Source of the DNA: a virus
Taxonomy: Duplodnaviria > Caudoviricetes
Strand: one strand, 5' to 3'
IMG/VR virus record: IMGVR_UViG_3300025704_000035
Coordinates: 1-53,719 of that record
Length of the DNA: 53,719 nt
Shown here: in pieces, positions 39,035-45,412 of the stretch
Layout: each line of letters starts with the position of its first letter
How positions within the stretch are numbered: position 1 is the first letter of the stretch
The notes under the pieces: generated by a model
Databases searched by the model: none
What the model was told of the DNA's origin: nothing
Seen by the model: the letters and a program-made list of their open reading frames with translations, nothing else
Translations under genes and position numbers: made by a program

Positions 39035-39577
39035 ATGAGCAATTCCAAATTTCACTTAGATAAAAATGCAATCCATTTGCTTAAAGAGTGCAACGAGTTG
39101 GCATGGCGTATGTCTGGTCGGGTCGAAGAACTTTTTAACGACTTGCATGGCACGTCAGTACCCCGCTCTGTTAGAGATGAGATTGAGATTCTTGAGCAGT
39201 ACCTAAACAAGGTAATCAATCAGACCACAGAAGCCCTAGACGCTGATCGTGAGATTGACGGTGAGTGTGTCCATGCTTACTGCCCTAACCCAACCAACAT
39301 AGAAGCCTATGGCTTAAAGGTTGAGAGGTATCTGCCCAGTAACTGGGAGGTATCAGATATAACACCTGACACTGTTTATATTCGTGGTCATAACACCTGC
39401 CGCACTGATGGAGAGCGTGAGTTCGAGCACTACTTACAGCCACGGCTAACGTCAGGCTTGATTCACTCTGTGCTTGCAACCGCTGAAGAAGTAGCGAAGC
39501 GTGCCCAAGGTGAGCGAGACAATCTTGAGGATGGGTGGGTTCAAACAAACGACATAAGGCACCAGTTACCGTGTTAA
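39035..39577 (+). CDS. Hypothetical protein
   Basis: 180 aa; SD hairpin upstream; bracketed by HH3 and HH4. Confidence 0.75.
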   Translation: MSNSKFHLDKNAIHLLKECNELAWRMSGRVEELFNDLHGTSVPRSVRDEIEILEQYLNKVINQTTEALDADREIDGECVHAYCPNPTNIEAYGLKVERYLPSNWEVSDITPDTVYIRGHNTCRTDGEREFEHYLQPRLTSGLIHSVLATAEEVAKRAQGERDNLEDGWVQTNDIRHQLPC

Positions 39578-39578
39578 A

Positions 39579-39640
39579 TCCAACTGATGATCGCAGTTAG
39601 TTACTGCGTGAAACACCCTTCGGGGTGTATTGGAAAACTA
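39579..39640 (+). ncRNA. Type I hammerhead ribozyme HH4 (cleavage after A39629, GUA)
   Basis: Stem I UCCAA/UUGGA; CUGAUGA; stem II CGCAGU/ACUGCG with U-U at the base; GAAA; stem III CACCC-UUCG-GGGUG; loop UAGUU pairs with 3' AACUA. Confidence 0.88.
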
Positions 39641-39658
39641 AACCTGAGGAGGTTGTAT

Positions 39659-39946
39659 ATGTATTTCATAACTAAACTAAACGGCGATCGAGTGCCCAGT
39701 CGATATGGTCTGGTGCATTACGTGAGTCTGTCCAGACTGTGTGACTATAGCTACCCTAACGTTAAGGATGGCATAAGCTATCTGGTATATAAGAGTGAAT
39801 TAGATCGCAGTGATGGCAAAGCCCATGGCGTCTATGTTACTGAGGGCGGAAAGTTGGTGCGCGATAAACGCAGATCAGCATTACGCAAAATACACGATCT
39901 ATTCAGGGGGCGCAGTATCGATGAAATTACCTACGCCCCACTTTGA
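39659..39946 (+). CDS. Hypothetical protein
   Basis: Start at MYFITKL after CCTGAGGAGG; the track's longer start lies inside HH4. Confidence 0.72.
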   Translation: MYFITKLNGDRVPSRYGLVHYVSLSRLCDYSYPNVKDGISYLVYKSELDRSDGKAHGVYVTEGGKLVRDKRRSALRKIHDLFRGRSIDEITYAPL

Positions 39947-40136
39947 CATTAACACTATGCTTCACCGCAAGGTGCGGTATGTCCTACAGAAACCTGACGC
40001 CCTGCATGATGCCCTGCTACAAATTGTAACTTTGGGCAAATCGGATTGGGATCAGCAAGAGTGGGACGCACTGGTTGCCGATATCGAATCATCCGACCTT
40101 ACAGTTGGTGAATACATCAAGCCCTACAGAACCTGA
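39921..40136 (+). CDS. Hypothetical protein
   Basis: MKLPTPHF...; stop TGA lies inside the next CCTGAGGAGG. Confidence 0.6.
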   Translation: MKLPTPHFDINTMLHRKVRYVLQKPDALHDALLQIVTLGKSDWDQQEWDALVADIESSDLTVGEYIKPYRT

Positions 40137-40147
40137 GGAGGTTAACC

Positions 40148-40390
40148 ATGGCTTATTACATTAGCAAGCTAGACCCTATAGATGGATCAGTATCACCGTT
40201 CGCTAGAGTAGTCAAACGATTATGTGATGCAAAACATCTAGCTGACGATGAGGTGTGTGCGGTATTCAAAAACCGCAGAGACTTCTCTGAAAAGTGGATC
40301 TACAAAACCTATGTGTCGCAGAACGGTAAACTTAAACCCGTGACAAGACATGACATCCCGAAACAAATCGGAAATCTGTTTTCTCTCTAG
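40148..40390 (+). CDS. Hypothetical protein
   Basis: 80 aa; stop TAG is part of HH5 stem I. Confidence 0.72.
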   Translation: MAYYISKLDPIDGSVSPFARVVKRLCDAKHLADDEVCAVFKNRRDFSEKWIYKTYVSQNGKLKPVTRHDIPKQIGNLFSL

Positions 40391-40445
40391 CTGATGAGCA
40401 CTGGATGGTTACCAGTCGAAACGCCGTGAGGCGTCCTAGAAAACC
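40386..40445 (+). ncRNA. Type I hammerhead ribozyme HH5 (cleavage after C40435, GUC)
   Basis: Stem I UCUAG/CUAGA; CUGAUGA; stem II G(C)ACUGG/CCAGUC; GAAA; stem III CGCC-GUGA-GGCG; loop GGUU pairs with 3' AACC. Confidence 0.93.
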
Positions 40446-40487
40446 GTTACAATTGCGTGTATATTAATTTCCTGAGGAGGATACATT

Positions 40488-40793
40488 ATGAAACAAGCAC
40501 ACTTACACCTTATTCAATGGGGTTTAGATCAGGGCTACATCATCGAGGTAGACATCGAGGGTGAGGCTGAGTATCGAGGCAAAAGCTACAAAGAAGCAAA
40601 AGATGCTAGCGAAGCGGGTGAGACAGGCTGTATATACCTAATTACTGGCACGGGTGATACAGATTATGCGTGGTTTGGATATCTTCACGACTACGACCAG
40701 AAGCCCGATGAAAAGATTTACGACTATGGCATTTGTGCCGTATCTGAATCGTGGCAGAAAGCCTACGACCAACACTGCTCTCAAGCCGCATAA
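40488..40793 (+). CDS. Hypothetical protein
   Basis: 101 aa; SD hairpin upstream. Confidence 0.75.
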   Translation: MKQAHLHLIQWGLDQGYIIEVDIEGEAEYRGKSYKEAKDASEAGETGCIYLITGTGDTDYAWFGYLHDYDQKPDEKIYDYGICAVSESWQKAYDQHCSQAA

Positions 40794-40820
40794 CCACCCC
40801 CACAATAAGTAACCACCATA

Positions 40821-40843
40821 AAGCCACCTTCGGGTGGTTTTTT
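40821..40843 (+). terminator. Intrinsic terminator
   Basis: AAGCCACC-TTCG-GGTGGTTT followed by a T run. Confidence 0.8.
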
Positions 40844-40888
40844 AGTGCTTATTTAATTATCAAAAACCAATATCCTGAGGAGGATTTT

Positions 40889-41224
40889 ATGAGTTTATAT
40901 TTAGTAAAAAGTGAAGTACGCGATGGTGGTTATGAATACCATGACAAGTTTATCCTGCTAGCAAGTAGCGGCGGAATATCGCTCGAACTACCTCAAAACA
41001 TCAATGCAATTTTGACGGCATGGGAGTTTGGGTTGACTGTCAAACATGTTGAAGAGTCAGGTGATGAGGTTTGGGCTGACTGTCGGCTGGTTTATTGCAA
41101 CACCTGCGGAACCATATCAAATGAAAACTACAACGTCATTAAAGAATACCTGAACGTGATTAATCTTGAGTACATTTTAGGTGATGTCGAATATGGCGAT
41201 GAGCGTGATCAGGAGGTGGCGTAA
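40889..41224 (+). CDS. Hypothetical protein
   Basis: Start MSLYLVK after CCTGAGGAGG. Confidence 0.72.
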   Translation: MSLYLVKSEVRDGGYEYHDKFILLASSGGISLELPQNINAILTAWEFGLTVKHVEESGDEVWADCRLVYCNTCGTISNENYNVIKEYLNVINLEYILGDVEYGDERDQEVA

Positions 41225-41391
41225 TGGATAACCCATTTGCAGATATCGCCCAGTGGGAGCGCTACTGGGATATGAGCGACCTTGAACGTGTCCGTGAGGA
41301 TGAGCAGGAGCAGAAAAAGAAAGAAGCGACCGAGCAAAAATGGGCTAATCGCTTTAAGTTAGGTATTCAAGACGAATGCGAACAATACTAG
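41224..41391 (+). CDS. 55-aa hypothetical protein (below the ORF-track cutoff)
   Basis: MDNPFADIAQWERYWDMSDL...; TAATG coupling and AGGAGG SD. Confidence 0.65.
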   Translation: MDNPFADIAQWERYWDMSDLERVREDEQEQKKKEATEQKWANRFKLGIQDECEQY

Positions 41392-41399
41392 GAGGTGCT

Positions 41400-41588
41400 A
41401 TGCCTATATATCAAGTAACAACTAAAGAGGTCTGCCTTAACACCTATGAGGTGGCGGCTAGATCCAAGGAAGATGCTATCAGCTCTTATTATGAGCAGTT
41501 GAACTCGCGTCAAATAAAAAGCGTTAGCAGTGATGAGAGTGTTATTTCAACACTTGAAGTATTTCCAACTGATGAGTTGTCGAGGTAG
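41400..41588 (+). CDS. Small hypothetical protein; last codons overlap HH6
   Basis: MPIYQVTTKE... with AGGAGG SD; PTDELSR* is encoded by the hammerhead core. Confidence 0.65.
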   Translation: MPIYQVTTKEVCLNTYEVAARSKEDAISSYYEQLNSRQIKSVSSDESVISTLEVFPTDELSR

Positions 41589-41662
41589 TCCCTCGATCGA
41601 AAGTCTAAGTACACAATAGGTAATCTTTTTTACCCTTTGTGTATTTGACTCTTGGATAACTA
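41564..41662 (+). ncRNA. Type I hammerhead ribozyme HH6 with extended stem III (cleavage after C41651, CUC)
   Basis: Stem I UCCAA/UUGGA; CUGAUGA; stem II GUCGAGG/CCUCGAU; GAAA; stem III GUC/GAC plus AAGUACACAA/UUGUGUAUUU plus GGUAA/UUACC; loop UAGU pairs with 3' ACUA. Confidence 0.85.
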
Positions 41663-41682
41663 AAAAACCTGAGGAGGTTTAT

Positions 41683-42135
41683 ATGTCTAACAATAATGTT
41701 TATTTAAGAAGTAAAAAGGTTAAAAGAATTGGCGGGAAGGATATTGTTTTGTTCTCTCATGCCTACAATCATGAGGTATCTGTCTTAGCTAAAGAGAAGT
41801 ACTACGGCAGTGAATCGCATTATGACCGAGTGGTAAATCAGCGTGAAAATAAAGCTATGAAATACTGCGAAACACAGAAAGATATAGGGTATATGGTTCT
41901 GTGTGACAACTGGACTAGTATTGGGTTGCATTACGATTTATCAAAACCATGCTTAAACCCAGTTTATATAATAGAGCCTCATGACTACTACATTCGCGAG
42001 GGCACTCAACTTCCACCTATTGCAGGCTTTGTTTCCCGTAGTGGTTATCAGTACCGTTTTATAGCTTTTGAAGATGCCTGTGAACCTTGGAAGCAAAAAT
42101 ACCCAGAGCAGATTAAAAGAAATGCTTTCACCTAA
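41683..42135 (+). CDS. Hypothetical protein
   Basis: 150 aa; SD hairpin upstream. Confidence 0.75.
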   Translation: MSNNNVYLRSKKVKRIGGKDIVLFSHAYNHEVSVLAKEKYYGSESHYDRVVNQRENKAMKYCETQKDIGYMVLCDNWTSIGLHYDLSKPCLNPVYIIEPHDYYIREGTQLPPIAGFVSRSGYQYRFIAFEDACEPWKQKYPEQIKRNAFT

Positions 42136-42258
42136 TACTAAAGTATTAGTACCTAATGGCTATGTATTAATGAATCATTTGTACGTATATTCTTCACCCA
42201 AAGGAATTGGCACTCTTTCGACATGGATGTTCTCTTAATTTCATTTAAAGGAAATAGG

Positions 42259-42642
42259 ATGAACCTTAATGACAGTAAAATTGAAAAAGACCCTCGATAT
42301 CTAGTCGCGGTTGCTTTGTTACGACTAGCAAAAACGTCAAAACAAAAAAAGGTATTAAGAAAAATGCTCAAGCAACATCAGGGCTTTGACTTTCTTGCAT
42401 ATAAGCAACACATCAAAAAAGAGATAGATGAAAAAAGCGCGGGCGGTAAAATAATTGTTCACGCATGGAGCCTTGAAGATACATTGCAGGGCTGTCCCTC
42501 AACCAAAAAACTGCCAGCAACAGTAGTTGCTTATTTAAGATTTGCTAGATCAGCTAAAGGCAAGTCTGTAATTATTAACCCCCCGTCTTTGACAGTTCGT
42601 CAAACGACTTTTACAGAGACTAATCTTCAAAGCGTAGTATAA
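42259..42642 (+). CDS. Hypothetical basic protein
   Basis: Start at MNLNDSK (AAGGA SD). Confidence 0.6.
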   Translation: MNLNDSKIEKDPRYLVAVALLRLAKTSKQKKVLRKMLKQHQGFDFLAYKQHIKKEIDEKSAGGKIIVHAWSLEDTLQGCPSTKKLPATVVAYLRFARSAKGKSVIINPPSLTVRQTTFTETNLQSVV

Positions 42643-42736
42643 AGGTGACGGCTCACCTGAGGAGGGTATAGGCACAGGGAATACAGTGCCGAGCCGCCGC
42701 CCCTATCATAACCCTACAGTACCCACGGAGTAAAGA

Positions 42737-42916
42737 ATGCAAAGGTATGAATGCCTTTGCTGTCAATTTGCGGGTGATCGTGATGAATTCATAATCGAAG
42801 AATGCGTGGATCTGGAGCCTTACGGCGATCGGAGCGTCCCGCGCACATCCTACACTTTTAACTGCCCTAAATGCGACAGCGATAACGTTGACGAAGAATG
42901 GCGTGCGCCATTTTAA
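42737..42916 (+). CDS. 59-aa Zn-ribbon protein (below the ORF-track cutoff)
   Basis: MQRYECLCCQF...FNCPKCDSDNV; GGAG SD. Confidence 0.7.
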   Translation: MQRYECLCCQFAGDRDEFIIEECVDLEPYGDRSVPRTSYTFNCPKCDSDNVDEEWRAPF

Positions 42917-42937
42917 AAAACAATACAGGAGGTGCAT

Positions 42938-43291
42938 ATGCACTTATATAAAAAAATGCTCGAAGTTAGTAATATTCCCGAAACAAGATCCTTACCATTA
43001 GCAGAAGCCCTAAAAAGTTTGCATTCTGCTATCTGTGCTTTAGACCAAGAGAACAGAGTGCGCTTCGGGTTCATTAACCCAGAAGCAGTTGAAGCCGCAA
43101 TAAGCTACGCCTTAACGGAAGACCTCAATGCTGAACTTTGGGGCTCTGACGAAAAGGTTTCCGTCATGATGGATAATCAATCTATTAGTGATAGTTTCTA
43201 TATTGAATTTACGCCTGACTGTTTCGATGAAGAGGGTAAATCAGAAAAAGAAGGAGCGGTAATTAACATGGAGGACTACAGGAAAGAATGA
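42938..43291 (+). CDS. Hypothetical acidic protein
   Basis: AGGAGG SD before the ATG. Confidence 0.65.
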   Translation: MHLYKKMLEVSNIPETRSLPLAEALKSLHSAICALDQENRVRFGFINPEAVEAAISYALTEDLNAELWGSDEKVSVMMDNQSISDSFYIEFTPDCFDEEGKSEKEGAVINMEDYRKE

Positions 43292-43488
43292 AAACAAATG
43301 ATCAGCTAATAAATTTAGCCAAGGAATCAGGGTTAACTATCAAAGAGATATCCGAACTGATAGAGACCCCTTATGGAACTGTAAAAAACTGGACTCGAGG
43401 AAAGGAATCCCCAAGCTATAGAGAAATGCCTAGGCACGCACTCATTGCCGCTCGATACTGTATCGAAGCAAAGCTTGCCGAGGAATAA
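43288..43488 (+). CDS. Small HTH DNA-binding protein (Cro/XRE-like)
   Basis: GLTIKEISELIETPYGTVKNWTRG helix-turn-helix. Confidence 0.75.
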   Translation: MKTNDQLINLAKESGLTIKEISELIETPYGTVKNWTRGKESPSYREMPRHALIAARYCIEAKLAEE

Positions 43489-43864
43489 GAAATACCCACT
43501 TTGGATACCTGTCCGTAGTACCAGTAATGCGGACGGGCTCCAACCCTTCAACTAGAATACACTCCAGTATTCCCTCTCGCGTAAACCAATACTCCCCATC
43601 CCCTAAATCAAAGAACCAAAAGTCAGCTTCAGATACAGAAAATGCACTAGGTTTTCTATGGAAATACTCCACAACAACATTGCCAGTCTTAATTGACATA
43701 GGGTCGTATTTAACCTCTATGGTTTGATTGATCTCAGGCACCCTTATATCCCACTCGGGATGATTGCCGATCGCTCTTACAGAACTGGGGAATGTCGTTT
43801 TTAGGCGTTCTAGCAACCCTTCCTCGACCCTTCCACCTCTCTTTAAATCTTCCTTAAATCCCAC
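43442..43864 (-). CDS. PD-(D/E)XK nuclease-like protein
   Basis: WDI..IEVKYD..TGNV.VEY..PS....ADFW. Confidence 0.7.
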   Translation of the reverse strand: MGFKEDLKRGGRVEEGLLERLKTTFPSSVRAIGNHPEWDIRVPEINQTIEVKYDPMSIKTGNVVVEYFHRKPSAFSVSEADFWFFDLGDGEYWFTREGILECILVEGLEPVRITGTTDRYPKWVFLIPRQALLRYSIERQ

Positions 43865-44153
43865 GCTTCTTCCACATAGCTTTTACTCCGTTTTCTACAA
43901 GCTGTCTTGTATGTTTAGGAACTGCATCTTGCGGTATTGATTGTATTGCATTGCGCCTTTCTTCTTTGGTACTTAAGTCAAGTATCTGGCTTGGAAGATA
44001 ATAAGGGAGCGTTGATAGTGCCAAGTCATGAAACTCTGGCTTCATAGCGCCCCTTATATATTCAACGCATTGGGGGTAATATATTTTTCCCGCCGCAATT
44101 TCTACGGTCTTACGTAGCTGTGTTGGATTCAATAGGAACCTCCAGCAAGTCAC
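43854..44153 (-). CDS. Hypothetical protein
   Basis: ORF in operon context; start uncertain. Confidence 0.5.
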   Translation of the reverse strand: MTCWRFLLNPTQLRKTVEIAAGKIYYPQCVEYIRGAMKPEFHDLALSTLPYYLPSQILDLSTKEERRNAIQSIPQDAVPKHTRQLVENGVKAMWKKRGI

Positions 44154-44532
44154 GCATGATCATGATGCCAGTGCTAAAGTCGGTGGTGATGGTTTGCATG
44201 CCGTTCATGGCGATGTATTGACCCTCAGCTATAGCCTTTAAAGGAAACACCATTCGCGCCGGCTGATAGTCATACTTGTAAATAAGAATCGGAACATACT
44301 CCTCTTTTGCAGAGACACATGCCTGATCCCACCAATCATCTTTATGCCAACTTCCTTTAGCGTATCGCTTGGCTTCAATCATTAAATTATGAAAGACAAT
44401 GTCTCCATGACCCTTGTCTTGATACTGCTCTAGGTTGCGCTTCAAATGATCTGCACATGACCCGAACTCATCCCTAAATATTCGAATCAAATCCCTTTCA
44501 AACGCATGTCCCTTTGCTCGACCATTAATCAT
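44110..44532 (-). CDS. Holliday-junction-resolvase-like PD-(D/E)XK nuclease
   Basis: NGRAKG..FER, GDI, IEAKR, WW.QA, P.LIYK. Confidence 0.75.
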   Translation of the reverse strand: MINGRAKGHAFERDLIRIFRDEFGSCADHLKRNLEQYQDKGHGDIVFHNLMIEAKRYAKGSWHKDDWWDQACVSAKEEYVPILIYKYDYQPARMVFPLKAIAEGQYIAMNGMQTITTDFSTGIMIMRDLLEVPIESNTAT

Positions 44533-44890
44533 CTAATGTTTCCACTAACCACTGAAGATACACGGCGGCTTTTTCAAGTGACTGCCTCGCACCATTCGGG
44601 TGTACCTCATATCTCCAAACATACTTCTGGATGTTACCTTTCAGGTATCCCCTAAACTGCTCAAGTTCCATTGAGCTTTTAATCGCTTGTATGCACTCAA
44701 TTGAATCAGGTGTTTTTTTATAGTGCTGTGGCTGATTTACCGCATCCCATTGTTCTGGGGTCACGTCATCAATGCTTTTCTGCTCTTGAGCGGACGAACT
44801 GAAGAAGCTCATGCTCCGTGCCATACCTTCTTTCGAATGCCCGTTTGAACGGGTGCCTGCTTGTGTAGATTTCATTGTCTTCACCTCCAC
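44525..44890 (-). CDS. DUF3310-domain protein
   Basis: D.VN.P.HY..IECI.AI..GY.KGN..KY.WR..SLEKA..YL; true start probably downstream of the track start. Confidence 0.8.
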   Translation of the reverse strand: MEVKTMKSTQAGTRSNGHSKEGMARSMSFFSSSAQEQKSIDDVTPEQWDAVNQPQHYKKTPDSIECIQAIKSSMELEQFRGYLKGNIQKYVWRYEVHPNGARQSLEKAAVYLQWLVETLDD

Positions 44891-45071
44891 GGTGATGTTT
44901 GTAACATAGTGGTAGGGTTTTTAGGTGCGCTTCAGGCTTGGTCTTACCATCAATATGATGTACCTCGGCGGGACTAAACACCCCGTGATATTTCTTGCAC
45001 ACACAGCATCCAAGCTGTGTTATTAAATTCATCCATGCCTTCTCTTCCGTGTTGGGTGCTCTACCCTTCAA
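44769..45071 (-). CDS. Ref-like HNH nuclease (recombination enhancement family)
   Basis: LGCCVC..AEVHH...LPLC..HH..FE.RYGTE.ELL. Confidence 0.8.
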   Translation of the reverse strand: MKGRAPNTEEKAWMNLITQLGCCVCKKYHGVFSPAEVHHIDGKTKPEAHLKTLPLCYKHHRGGEDNEIYTSRHPFKRAFERRYGTEHELLQFVRSRAEKH

Positions 45072-45073
45072 CT

Positions 45074-45409
45074 TTATGCCCCGTAAACGCGGCGTTCTGC
45101 TCGCTCAGACGCTAGCTTTGACTGCCAAGCCTTGAACTCAACCTCAGCCGCCATCAGGTCAGCCTTGGCTGAAGCTAAAGCACCTTTTGCCATACCTTTT
45201 TCAAGGCGTGCGGTAAAAACGTTTTCATCTTCATCCGCAAATCTCTCTTGCCCTGCATTAGTCTTAGTCCCTCTAGCCTCTGCCTGAACCTTGCACTGAG
45301 CAATCAATTTTTTTTCTTCAGCTTCTGATCTTGCCACCTGAATCTCGGCTTTCTGTAGCTGAATACCTGCGACTCTAATCGCCTCTGCAAATCGTTCTAT
45401 ATCTTCCAT
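45074..45409 (-). CDS. Helical hypothetical protein
   Basis: 111 aa coiled coil. Confidence 0.6.
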   Translation of the reverse strand: MEDIERFAEAIRVAGIQLQKAEIQVARSEAEEKKLIAQCKVQAEARGTKTNAGQERFADEDENVFTARLEKGMAKGALASAKADLMAAEVEFKAWQSKLASERAERRVYGA

Positions 45410-45412
45410 TTG

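Larger units (their letters stand above)
36831..42665 (+). repeat. Eleven copies of the CCTGAGGAGG Shine-Dalgarno hairpin
   Basis: Starts at 36831, 37344, 38281, 38514, 39019, 39643, 40132, 40471, 40874, 41668, 42656; ten are 5-8 nt before an ATG. Confidence 0.92.

Noticed and set aside
41530-41560. Seventh hammerhead (GTGATGAG-AGTGTT/AACACT-TGAAG)
   Set aside because: Core C3 and GAAA are altered, there are no stems I or III, and it lies inside a CDS
37272-41677. CRISPR array or integron attC cassette array
   Set aside because: Spacing is gene-sized and irregular, repeats conserve RNA structure rather than sequence, there are no cas genes, and I saw no attC R-box pattern or integron-integrase insert
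36831-42665. CCTGAGGAGG as additional hammerhead cores (it contains CUGAnGA)
   Set aside because: No following stem II-GAAA-stem III-NUH; ten of eleven copies sit at SD distance from an ATG
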